DNA of 64,000 nucleotides from Rotaria socialis (lineage: Eukaryota), in NCBI GenBank assembly GCA_905331295.1, contig CAJNYD010000373.1, positions 62,001 to 126,000 on the forward strand, read 5' to 3'. A model generated the notes under the pieces. It was not told the DNA's origin. It did no database searches and saw nothing but the letters and a program-made list of their open reading frames with translations. Shown here piece by piece: positions 26,872-38,973 of the stretch. Within the stretch, counting starts at the first letter, position 1. Each line of letters starts with the position of its first letter. The translations under genes and the position numbers were made by a program.

Positions 26872-29322
26872 ATTTTATATTTTATATTTTTGATATTTGA
26901 TCAATATTGTAAATACATTGAAATAAAATGATATCGACTTAGTTTACGTTACGTGTACGCTCTGTATGATATTACAGATGGCGCTGTAAAAACAAATAAT
27001 CAACGTTTATATATATATATATATACATTAAAGGACAATAATACAGGATTTTATTTTCAACAAAATACATTCGCTAATTTTATTAATATTTCAATTACAA
27101 TCTTCACCATGATTAATTTCATTGTTTGAAAATATGAACCAATTAGTATAGCTGCCAAAATTTCTTTGTCGTTCTATTCGGCTTGGCTTGTTTTTTTTTG
27201 TTCAGCAATATGGTTTGTACATGATTAAGCGTTCTCGTTTGTTTCTATTTAAGCGAAAAAGAATACGTGCGCGTATTATATTGCTTACCGCTTTTTCTTT
27301 TATTCATTCGCACTATAGTGATGTTCTTGTATTGCTGACGATTTCCACTGTCTCTCTTTTCAATGAGACTAGTTGATTGTTACATAATGGCATAGAAGAC
27401 TGTTCGTTTCCTACTGAACGATTACTCGTATGTCATCTAGTTGATTCGGTGTTATTGTAAGAAGGAAAGAAAAATGAGACTTGACGGTTGCTTTACTCAT
27501 CGCATTCTTGACAACATTATATCTCTACTGATAAACAAATCCGTTACATCAGCAATAAAATTCCTTTGATATTGATCGAATGAACCTTACGTTATTGCAT
27601 AAAAAAAATATAGCTTGAATCTTGTTTGTCTTGTTTCTTTCTACCGAATATGTTATATAGTTTTTTTTCTTCTTCATTTGTACTCACTTCAGAATTGATT
27701 TCATTTTTTCTTCTTCTATCGGCAACATCTGAATTCAATCTACTCTCGTGTTTTAAGTTATGTGTCAGACGATGCTCAGTAATGTCCATCTGGTACCATA
27801 GCATAGATAGACAGACAGACGATAATCTTTGCATACTATCCGCTAGGGCATTATTATTGATGGATCGACCTGAAATAATATTACAATACTAGCTGCTGAT
27901 GCCACAAGTGCTACTCATTATATTTTTCATGTGTTTCTCTATGTTTGACTTTAGTCTTTTATGTTAAAATTGAAAACTAATTGAGATCATCATAATTAAG
28001 AAAAAAGTATCCGTTAATGACGAACCTATTCGTATTTAACATATATTCAATACAATTTCCGTTTGTCGCATATTGATAATTTTGTATATCCTCTCACATC
28101 GCCTCTCTTCTCTTCTCGTCACTCCATCAAACAGTGTTGTTCTGTATTTTGACCCCGCCCGGAGGTATTGCCCTCGATCGTCTTTTTTTTCTCTATTCTC
28201 CTCGATGTTCGTCGTTCAATGTTTCTACATCCTTCTATATTCTGTTGTCCATTGGAGAATACAATCAATGAGAAGGAAAAAAAAATTGCCTTCTTCGTGT
28301 CCCATTCTTACATTGAATGAGGGTGTCCCTTTTCTGTTAAAGAAGGAAGACCATTTCTTTGGCTTTGCTCTAAGATAATTTCATTCCGTCAGTCATACGA
28401 TGTCGCATGTATTTTTGTAAATTCTCATTTTAGATGAAAAAGCAACATTGAATGAACTATCGAACATCATTATGTTGATAGAATTAAATCAATGGTCGAT
28501 ATCATGTGAGTATATGCATAGATTGATACGTGTTTCGTGTTTTAAATCGTATGATTGAATTTAATTCTTATTTTTGTCACTTCAACGCGCAGACAATTAT
28601 CGCTCGTCTCAAGATGGTCACTATTGATAAAAAGACAAAAAAAGAGTCATTTATTCTTTTTTTTTTTAAATTTCTAATCTAATCATGAGAATGGTGACCG
28701 TATTATTATTTTGGATTGAATTTTGATAAAATTGAACTGAAATATTTTCCCCTTTTTGATGATGAGGATGTATGCATTCCCATGTCTGATGTGGTCCGTA
28801 GGCATATTTGTCCAATGTATGTATGTATATGATGATGTTAGTGTCTCTAGCTTATCAATCGATAGATGAAAACAGCCGATATAAACATACATATGCAGGA
28901 AAGAAATGAGCATGTTTACGTGACACATGAAAAAGAATGAATGCTCAGATGTTTGATTTTTATTGAACTCATTTTTTTTCTATTTGCTCAAAAAATTGAT
29001 AAATGCTTTTTTTTGTCAAATATCCATAAAATTAGTTTATGTCATTTTCATCTATAAGAAAAATTAGTAGCGTAGGAAGGAATTAATTATTGATATTCTT
29101 ACTTCAATGATAAATATTGACAGAAACTAATAGTTAATTACTACGTGCAAAGAATAAAAATAATCTATTTGTCTGCAGCCATAGTTTGATTAATACCGTA
29201 GATAGTACATATATATATATATGTTTTTTATGATCAAAATCGCTTGCATGTATATATATATATATATATTGTCGATTATGTAAGTGTATTTATATATTTT
29301 TAGTTTTATATTGTACAAACCT

Positions 29323-32300
29323 ATGATGAATGCTTATATGAAATTATTCATTTTTTTAATTACTTTTTATTTATCGTCGATGCTATCGATTAAAATGGCA
29401 CATGGTCAATCAATGTCATGTTCATGTAGTTTAGATGCAGCAGGTATGACAATGCTCTGTACTAATGTCCACTCACTGATTACTTATCAACAATGTATGC
29501 ATGAGCAACTTAATGCACAATCAGATTTAAAATTAAGGCGTGGTGGTATTATAACAAATTTAACAATTGTTCATCACGAATTACGTAGCTTATCGAATGG
29601 TTTATTACAATTCTCCTATGGGCCTAATAATGTTTATCAATTGATTGATTTACGATATTTATATGTTACACATGGCAAATTACGACATATTGAAAATGGA
29701 GCTTTAGGGTTGATTGAACGCGCTCTTGAATATCTTGATTTATCAAATAATGAACTTCAACATATACCTCGAAGTGAGAATGATCAATATAGCAATCTTG
29801 TGTAAGTGTTTTTTGTTTTTGTTTTCTTCAAAAACGTCAGGCTTTTTTTTTAAATATAGAAAACTTGCCCTTTCGAATAATCAAATTCATCGTTTGGCAC
29901 TAGCAGATATTCGAGCATATCCTCGTTTGCAACACCTTGATTTATCATCTAATCGTCTGCAATATGTTGATATGTTATTAGTTCATCATTTAAAAAATTT
30001 GAAACAATTATTTTTAAATTCAAATATGTTAAGAACGTTAACGAATAATATAACATTTCCAAATAACTTTCATTTAAAATTAAGTTCAAATACGTTAGAA
30101 TGTGATTGTCGTCTTCGTTGGTTACGTAATGCATTGCATCGTGTTGAATATCCTATTTATCATGATGACCCACAATGTGAAACGCCTAAAGCATTAGCAG
30201 ATAAAAAAATTGTTGCTCTACGTGATGAACAATTTGTTTGTGGACCGATCATATCGAAGCCTGATTTAACTGTACTTATTGCAACTACTGGTGAAGTTGC
30301 AACACTTCGATGTGATGTAAGTTGTTTACGATTTATTCTTATCGATCAAATAAATGTTTCTGTTATTTAAATAATACATTGTTGTACACAAATCCTTAAC
30401 ATCTATATTATATGATTAGCAAATGACTTTTTATCGTTGTTCTGTTGATAACATCCATTAGAAAGCTGAGATAACTATGATGTTTGCGTTTTTTTTTCCA
30501 TAGAATTAATAATTTTATTGTTGTTCTTACAATAATCATGAGAATTATGTAGCTGTGATTTTTAGCTATTCTATTGAGATTCGACATAGACAAGACTAAC
30601 ATTTAGTTATGATTAGCAAAACCAATAGAGGAAAACAAGTCGTCCCAAATGAAACTAAATATGAAAAAAAAACTATATGATTTTAGGGGAATTATTTGTC
30701 AAGCTGTATCAATCAGAGTATAATCTAAGAAAGATACCAACTATTGGAATAAACGAATGTGATCTCATGTATTTTTACGTGAGAGTCTGTATTTAATCGT
30801 ACAACTTATCATAGAATTGTTAATTCTTTTCTTTTTTTGTTCATATGACTAATTGCTTCTATCAGAACAATATGTGAGTTGATCTAAAAACCGATTAGCA
30901 CTGTAGATTGTTTAGACATTGACAAATACTCGAGCCATTATTAAAGATAACAATAGGTTCAATCTTAATTTGTGGGCATGGAGAACAGCTTTGCTTCTTT
31001 TTTTTGTCTATACTTAAATACGATTTTTTAACTTCAGAAAATATTGAAAAACTAGATGGAACAATGCTCTGTTTCAAAGAGATTCTATTCATTTAGGATT
31101 AAAATGTGAGAAAATGAGTATCTGAATCATGCATTTAACTATGTATGTCCCAAGTTTTACTATCTTATAGAATACTATTTTTTACACCACTGAAAATATT
31201 TTTCTAAATAGAAGTGAAAAAAAAAGAATGCAATATCTTTCGTGTAGGTCTACTCTGATCCAGCACCTGATGTGTGGTGGACATATCAAAATAAAATTAT
31301 CGGAAAGATTATATCAACTGTAAATGAACCTGATATTCATGCTGGTTCATATACAATACGTTTCTCATGTTTCTCATCTTATCCTGAATCATCGCCATCT
31401 TCAACATGTCTTAATAAAACAACAACATTAACAATATCTAATATTGCTACAGAACACAATGGAACATATAATTGTGTTGCTGCTATACGTAATCAAGGTC
31501 GTTCAGACAATGAGTATCTTTCATATGAATTGCGGGTTCGACGATTATCATCATTAACTGATAGTTCATTTCTTCTTTGGACTATTGGAATATTTCTATT
31601 ATTATTTCTTTTAATTATCATGCTGCTTTGTGCATGTTGGGTAATACGCTGTCATCGTTCAAGTCGACTACAAGCGGAAAGAAATAAAGCATTATTATTT
31701 GATACAAATCATCATAATGGCATACTATTAACAAATGGAAATATATATAAAGAAAAAAATGATGAACAACATAGTTTTGTTACTAATGGCAGTTATGATC
31801 CATACGATATGATTGATTCAAGATCACAACTTGGTCCACCCATGTATAGTGAAGTACGATTGGTTGATTCAACACCATTGAGAAGTGTCGGTGGTGGGTC
31901 AATGTCATCATCCATACCATTACATGATACAGCAACACTTATGCGACGTCATCATCCACATGATACATATTATGATAGCTATAGATCTGATCGACAGCTT
32001 TATGAACAAGTATAAAGTTCAAAAAACAATTTTTGTCTTTCTGCAAATTAATATTCTCTTTTTTTTTTGTCTATTTAAGGTTTATCGACCTTCACCCATG
32101 GAACCAATTATTGTTGATGAATTTGAAGATGAAATGATTTTTCCTACAGGCTATGAAGAAGATTATGAATATCGAGAAGATATTATGAAACCAAATCAAG
32201 CTGTTGATCCACGACGACAGCCTAAACAACAACTAACAAATCATGATCGAGCCAATGGAACCATTACTCTACCTTCTATAACATCACAACCTCCTCCAAC

Positions 32301-32454
32301 TGTCAATGGCAATCATACATCCCATCAAAAATTAATTTTAACATCCAATACAAAACCATCTCATCAAATGGCTAATTCATCAAGTTTCGATTCGAACTAT
32401 AAATTCGACAGATCTGAATCACAATATGCAGGTCTAGTTGAATCACAACTCTAG
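29323..32454 (+). CDS. LRR plus Ig-domain single-pass transmembrane protein (LIG/kekkon-like)
   Basis: Signal peptide; LRRs (LEYLDLSNNEL, LQHLDLSSNRL); LRRCT (NTLECDCRLRWL..PQCETPKAL); Ig domain (ATLRCDVYSDPAPDVWW..LTISNI..HNGTYNCVA); TM segment (WTIGIFLLLFLLIIMLLCACW); C-terminal ESQL resembling a class I PDZ-binding motif. Four coding exons with a ~930-nt intron 2. Confidence 0.85.
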
Positions 32455-32800
32455 TAAATAAGAATGTATGTGCGTTGAACAGTGTTTCTTATTCATCTTC
32501 ATAATAATGTATGAACGAATGTTCAATAATGCGTTTTTCTTTTTCTTTTTGAAAAATATTCATCTCTCTATTTCCTTTTGTGTGCCTATCGCAGATACAA
32601 ATATCATGTGGTTTCTATCGATATGTGTCGATCAAGAATATTTTGTCAGATGTATATTTAGTCATCGACGATTTTCGTCTTTTTTTCTTCTTGTGTGTTT
32701 CCTCTATATTTTTCTTGTGTGCCCAATTTCTTTGTTCAATTCTTTAATTAATGGTCTGATGCATGTAGTTTTTTCTTCTTCTTCTTATTGTTGTTATCAC

Positions 32801-32802
32801 TA

Positions 32803-32833
<31 letters not shown>

Positions 32834-32846
32834 TACTATTATTATT
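32801..32846. repeat. (TAT/TAC)n trinucleotide microsatellite in the 3' region of the LRR-Ig gene
   Basis: Directly visible tandem tat repeats interrupted by tac. Confidence 0.9.
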
Positions 32847-33516
32847 CCATTGAGTTCCTTTTTTCTCTTCTTTTCGGCCAAACACGTTATCAATACTAAT
32901 ATCGTATGAGTTAGTTAATTAGAAAGCTTTAAAGAAAATATCAACGATTTTGATATTTTATCCAAATGAATTTCAAAATTTATTTTCTATACAAGACTTT
33001 TCTATTCATAAAGTAATTTGAAACTTTTATTACGACGAGGCTCATATTCATTTAACAAAGCTATGGCTTCAAATCAATCCAGAATATTTATAATATGTAT
33101 TTCTGCTAATAAGATTAACTCTGCTTTAGAGTAATATCTTAGGTCTACTACATAGTTAAAGTTTTCGATTTAACTTTCAAAATTTGTTTTCTAGTACGCA
33201 TTTATACTTCTTTTTTTGTGTGACTTGTTAATGAGCCTGTTCCTTTTTTTATTACTTGAATCTTATTTATCTAACCGTAGAGGGATGCATTTTTTCTGGA
33301 TTATTTGATATTTGAAGGATAAATATGTTTCTATATGAAAATATGATTATTTTCTTCATAAAATGCCTATACTGTATAGAACTCTATCAATCGCAATTAA
33401 ATAGGGTATACATTCGAGAGACACTTTTACCGAGAATACCTTGAATTATATTCTTCAATAATATTTTCACAAACGGATAAATATTAATTTTTTCATTGTT
33501 AGTTTTAGAACGGAAC

Positions 33517-34212
33517 ATGGAAACTGCTCCACCAGTCTATTCTAATATTGAACTTATCTGTCAAGGTGCTGAAGCGCGTCTATTCCGATGTTTGTACTTT
33601 GGCCATCGTGCTATACTCAAAGAACGTTTTGTTAAAACATATCGCCATCCTGATCTTGATCAGACAGTAACACTTCAACGTCTCAAAGGAGAAGTACGTT
33701 TATTGACACGTGCCAAACAATTAGGCATTCATACACCGGCCATCTATCATATCGATTGGGCTAGACGTGCAATTATTATGGAAGATTTACATGAAGCACG
33801 TACTGTAAAATCTGTTATTGATCAATTGATTCAAGAACAAAACACTGCTCAACTTGAAAACTTAGCACAACAAATTGGTGCCATTATAGCACGTCTTCAT
33901 CAAGCACAAATCGTACACGGTGATTTGACAACATCAAACATGCTTTTGAAAGACAATGGTCAACTTTATCTCATTGATTTTGGTTTAAGTGCACATGTAA
34001 CAAATAAGGCTCAAATGCTTGAAGCTCTTGCTGTCGACTTATATGTTTTGGAACGAGCTATCATTTGCACACATCACAAAGCAAAACATTTTTTTTCGAA
34101 TATTCTTTTGGCATATAAGAGTTCTATTAGTGATGAAAAATTGCGTACATTAACAATGAATAAATATGAAGAAGTACGTGCAAGAGGACGAAAACGAAGT
34201 ATGGTCGGTTAG
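33517..34212 (+). CDS. TP53RK: EKC/KEOPS complex kinase TP53RK/PRPK/Bud32
   Basis: Intronless ORF with QGAEA, KERFVKTYRHP.LD, HGDLTTSN, IDFGLS, AVDLYVLERA and the diagnostic C-terminus VRARGRKRSMVG. Confidence 0.95.
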   Translation: METAPPVYSNIELICQGAEARLFRCLYFGHRAILKERFVKTYRHPDLDQTVTLQRLKGEVRLLTRAKQLGIHTPAIYHIDWARRAIIMEDLHEARTVKSVIDQLIQEQNTAQLENLAQQIGAIIARLHQAQIVHGDLTTSNMLLKDNGQLYLIDFGLSAHVTNKAQMLEALAVDLYVLERAIICTHHKAKHFFSNILLAYKSSISDEKLRTLTMNKYEEVRARGRKRSMVG

Positions 34213-34873
34213 ATTATCTTTTCACGATCTAAAATTTTAAATAAAAACAAAGAATTGGTTTTTTGTTTTTCATTTTCTTAACAATAAACATACCAAGAAT
34301 AAAATATAGACACATGGCAAGCAGTCCAAGGAGAATTAGAATACCAAAAACAATCACAATCCATGCCCAACAAGGGCAATCAGCATTTAATCCTAAAGCA
34401 CGGATGATATTGAATGTAGCTGAGTTCTTCGGTACATCTCCTGTTGTTGCATAGATGGTTGAAACTGGTTCAGGTGCGATCTAGAGTTTAATGGATAGAA
34501 AATATTATGGTTGTTTTATTCGTCAGACCAACCTACCGTGTAAGCTTCATTTTTACTTGGCAATGGTGGTGGTTTACGGTCAGGCAAAAAAACTGTTTCT
34601 TTAATAATTGGTCGATTGACAACCTTCAAACGTAAATTTATAATAAGTACTACAAAACTCACAGTTCAATACCTGAACTGGCTTTTCATAAGGTATTTCT
34701 TCCTTGTAATAGATCGATTCATCTAGAATTTCGGCTTTACCCGGCTTGCGAACCTAAATAGATTTCGTAAGAAAAGCTTTGTTCTTACATTAGATATAGG
34801 AGAAATCAATGGTTCTTACATGATAATTTAGAGTTGGATTTGGATCTCTTGAGAAACCACTGGAGATAGGCAT
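34209..34873 (-). CDS. Small (~140 aa) Pro-rich protein with a C-terminal transmembrane helix (tail-anchored, function unknown)
   Basis: Five short exons with GT-AG boundaries join in phase: MPISSGFSRDPNPTLNYH / VRKPGK..EKPVQ / VVNRP..KPPPLP..AYT / IAPEPV..CPCWAWIVIVFGILILLGLLAMCLYFIL / DREKII*. It is missed by the ORF track. Confidence 0.65.
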
Positions 34874-35881
34874 GTTTTCTTATATAACTGAATTCGTCTG
34901 TTTGCTGTTTTGAAATACGAAAAAATGAGATGTGAAATTTTCTCCTTCGAGTTTTTTAAATCAATCATTTTTCATTTTGTCTTTTATCCATCATGAAATG
35001 TGAGATGTAACTAACAACCATCTGATCAGTGAAATGTGTATCTATGTACATCTCGAATATCGTAAGTACACTTGATAATTAAAGAAGTAAAAATCGATAT
35101 TTGTTTTTTATTCAAAGTCAAAGATATTTGACAATAATATGTACTGGTAAACTGAAATTGAATGATACAAGGACAACTAAATAAAGAACATTCGTATATT
35201 AATTTTCAATGGAAAATTTAGATCTTTCGCCAATATTAAAAGTGGTCATTATATTGAAAAACAAATGAGAAGAATTAACATGATATTGTTATTATTTATT
35301 TTGATGGCATTGATAAAAAAAAATTTGTTTTAGATTACTTTTGCATTGCATATTTTGTTAATACAATGATTAGAAATTTCTTATGAATCGCATTAAAAAA
35401 TGTAGTTGATCGAATATTTTGTGAATCCTTTCATTAAATCGGTAGGTTCTTTTTTTGTCAAGTAAATTGTGATATATTTCTATCAATAGAACTTTGCTCA
35501 ACGAGTATTTCTCAGTAGTGATACTCTGATTAATCGAAAGAGCTCAGATGAATTTATTTAAGTAATCATGGGCAAATCCTCGTTTAGAGAAGTTCTATTG
35601 TTAAATAACTCTGTATCATTATTTAGGGTAAGCTTTTAACAACATCTAAGAAATAACACTGTTATTAATCGAATAGGAATAATAAATTTTTTGTTCGCAC
35701 TTAGTTTATTCTATATTTTTTATTAATTAAACAAATGAAGTAAATATACTATATTAAAATTCTGATATTTAAAAGATTTTATATTTATTTATCGATTAGA
35801 GGAAAAGAAAACGTTTTTTTTTTATGTTAAAAGAAAGCGCTGACATGAAGAATTAAAATTGTTCGTCATTATCATTGAGAT

Positions 35882-37078
35882 CTAAACAATTATTTTTGAT
35901 ATTATTATCATGTTGAAAAGAAGTATTAACATCGATGAAACTAAGCTTGAAGATGAATTTTGTTCTATGAAAATAACATCTTTCGCTGCCTTTTCTCTTC
36001 GCAAATACTCCAGAACGACATCTGGATGATCAGTTATAAAGCCGTCTACTCGTGCTGTATGTAAAAAATATTGAATCAATTGCTCAAAGCTTCTACCCGG
36101 AAATGAATCTCGTCGAAATGTAAATGGATAAACGGCGAGACCATTTTGATGTGCCCATTTTGTTAAATTAGTATTACCTAAGATTGTACCATTTGAATCA
36201 TAATTAACAACAAATTCAAGATTAGGTGTAATCGCTTGAATAACATTCGATAGATTTCTTATGCCTTCTTCACTTCTATAAAAATCATAATCACTCGACG
36301 ATTCATTTACTCGATTCCATGTCATTAGGGCAAATAATCGTAGTTTACTACCGAGATTTCGACGTATATGTATCAATTCTTCTATATGAAATGTTTGTAG
36401 AATAATAGGATCACTTGGTTCTTTCAGATTATAGGCATTCAGTGTTTCAAGTACAATCGACGAAATAGATTTATTGTATTTTGAATGATATTCAGGTTTT
36501 TTTATTTCAATAAGTAGCTGACGTTGTTGACCGGTAGCACGATTGAAGCCGAGTAATAATTCAATTGTTTCGTTGAGTGTTGCAAGTTGAAAAGCGATCA
36601 CACTATTAGAAGGAAATCGCAAAGGAAAAATTTGTGTACCATTGAATGGCCTAAAACGTTCACGAATAGTTAACCGGCGTAATTCTTCTAAATCAAAATC
36701 AATAACATAACTGTAACCATTTGAGCGATTTCGATTTGGAAACATTTCAGCTACATTACTCACTCCATCTAAATAGATATCTAAAAACCGATCGCGAAAG
36801 AAAATCATACTGAAAACGATTATTTCTAATGTAAAATTGATTTTATTCTTACCGTGAATAACAATCAACTGATTATCTCGAGTAAGACAAACATCAATCT
36901 CGATTATATCTGCACCAAAAGCGTAGCCCATAGATTGTGCAGCTAATGTAAGTTCAGGTAAGTAGGCTGCACCCCGATGACCAATAACCAGTGGACGTGA
37001 TACACCTTGAACTCGTCCGACGACATAGAGACATAGTACAATAATTAGAAACATTGCGGGCGTTTCTCTTCTTTTCAT
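35882..37078 (-). CDS. glpQ: Glycerophosphodiester phosphodiesterase, bacterial GlpQ-like, copy A (signal peptide and GPI-like tail)
   Basis: Motifs IGHRGA.YLPE.T, GADIIEID, IHD (split by a 72-nt GT-AG intron at 36781-36852), YVIDFDLEEL, EIKKPEYH, LQTF, YPFTFR and DGFITDHPD. Hydrophobic N- and C-termini. Confidence 0.9.
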   Translation of the reverse strand: MKRRETPAMFLIIVLCLYVVGRVQGVSRPLVIGHRGAAYLPELTLAAQSMGYAFGADIIEIDVCLTRDNQLIVIHGKNKINFTLEIIVFSMIFFRDRFLDIYLDGVSNVAEMFPNRNRSNGYSYVIDFDLEELRRLTIRERFRPFNGTQIFPLRFPSNSVIAFQLATLNETIELLLGFNRATGQQRQLLIEIKKPEYHSKYNKSISSIVLETLNAYNLKEPSDPIILQTFHIEELIHIRRNLGSKLRLFALMTWNRVNESSSDYDFYRSEEGIRNLSNVIQAITPNLEFVVNYDSNGTILGNTNLTKWAHQNGLAVYPFTFRRDSFPGRSFEQLIQYFLHTARVDGFITDHPDVVLEYLRREKAAKDVIFIEQNSSSSLVSSMLILLFNMIIISKIIV

Positions 37079-37816
37079 TCTAGCACAGTAACTAAATATG
37101 ATGCTAATGGCATTTGTATTTATCGTTATCTAAACATTTATACAAGTATGCTTCGCTGGTTGATGTTTATAACAGAGCTATTTAGCAAATTATTGGCCTT
37201 GCTGTTATATTATATATTTTGGGAACTAGTTGAAAGTTTTTGTATCTAACCTTCGATGCAAAAGTAATGGCACAGAATATTAGTCTCTCAAGTTTTTCAT
37301 CAAGCACGCACTCTACAAATGATTTTACATCGTTTTAAATATAGTCACTCTACAAGTTATAAATTGTCGACTACCATATCTTCTCTTCTAGCACGTGTTA
37401 AAACAATTGTTTCATTGTCAGGAGTTAGGGAAAGTTGTTTTTACTCATTTTCAAATGAACCAAGGCGAATAAAAAGAGAAATATTTGTAATTACAATAAA
37501 TTTATAACATTTATAGAAGACTGTCAAAAAAAAAACATCACGTTTGACATGAATCAATTCGGATTTTGTGCACTCATTACAAAATTTATCTATCGAATTA
37601 CAAGAAAAAATGCCGATTGATATTAAGTTAAGGTTACTTTCGTTTTGTGTTATTAGTTAAAACAATATAGAATTAAAGAATACTGAATCGATTTAGGTTA
37701 ATTCGATTTCATATAGAAAAAGGATTTTGTTCTAATTAGTCATTTAAATATAATTATTGCAACGATTTGTTTTTATGAAAAGGATCTAACATGGATTTAT
37801 TTAATACAAATCAATT

Positions 37817-38973
37817 TCATAAAATTATCACGGCAATCGATAAAATTATTAAAGCGAGAGAAGAGCTTTGAAGTTTTATTCCTGTATTAGATTGTTTGTG
37901 TTTGGATTCTATGTATCGAACTACTTTATCAGGATGATCAGTAAATAAGCCGTCGACTTTTAGTTTATCGATATAAAATTCTAGCATAGCATCGAATGTT
38001 GCAAATGGTTGTAGATTTGCATCACTACGAAATGTATACGGATGAATAAATAAATTATGTTTTCTAGCATCATTAAACAATTTTGATGGTTCCAATGTAG
38101 TTCCTTGTTCATACAAATCTGAATAATGTGGACCAATACCATCAACAAAAGTTGCCATATCTTCTATTCCTATTTCACTTATCCAATAGCTGAAATCATT
38201 TTTCTTGTAAATGCTTCGATGTTTTTCATCTGATAATAGGCCAACAAGTTTTAAATCTGATTTAAGTTGTACACGAATCCGTTGTAATTCTTCGAGATCA
38301 AAACATTGTAAAAATACTTTATCCGTACGTTTTGTATAATTATATTTTCGTAATATATCAATAACAATTTCACTGAAATTTGATCGACTCTCATTTTTAT
38401 GAAATGATGGCTCTTTAATTTCTACATATATACCCACTTCTCTATTATTATCAATATTTGCTTTGTTGAGACCAACAATAAATTCCAGTTCTTCTTCGAA
38501 AGTAACTAAATGAAATGTGGATTGATTAAGAGGAAAACGATTTGGATATATTGGCTTTCCGGTTCGATGATCGAATCGTTCACTAGCACGTAATGTTTTA
38601 ATTTCCGTCAGTGTAAAATCAATAGCATAATAACGACCATCCGAACGATGGCGTGCAGGATATTTGCTAGCAACATTACTAATTTCATCTAAGTAAATAT
38701 CATGAATAACTATAGGTACATTGTCTTTCGATAGAACAACATCTTGTTCAAGATAATCAACGCCTTGACCATAAGCAAGAGCTTTTGCAGGTAATGTATG
38801 TTCTGGAAGATAACCAGATGCACCTCGATGTCCAATAATGATCATTGATGATGAGCTCGTACCTGAGATATCGATCATAAAGATCAAAATGACACAGCAG
38901 CTGTGAACAAAATCATATGTACAATGATCGTTTTTATCGATGTCTAATTCACTTACCATATGATAGGACCCAT
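37817..38973 (-). CDS. glpQ: Glycerophosphodiester phosphodiesterase, bacterial GlpQ-like, copy B (signal peptide and GPI-like tail)
   Basis: IGHRGASGYLPEHTLPAKALAYGQGVDYLEQDVV..IHDIYLD..DGRYYAIDFTL.EIK..YPNRFP..TFEEELEFI.GLN..GIYVEIKEPSFH..HPYTFRSD..DGLFTDHPD closely tracks proteobacterial periplasmic GlpQ. The start is at 38973, with a 56-nt intron (38901-38956) inside the signal peptide. Confidence 0.92.

Noticed and set aside
26975..26986. CAGATGGCGCTG, a CTCF/YY1-like motif upstream of ALG11
   Set aside because: A single short motif cannot be distinguished from chance or assigned to a factor from sequence alone.
32468..32899. 143-aa hydrophobic ORF with poly-Tyr
   Set aside because: It is the T-rich 3'UTR of the LRR-Ig gene plus a TAT microsatellite.
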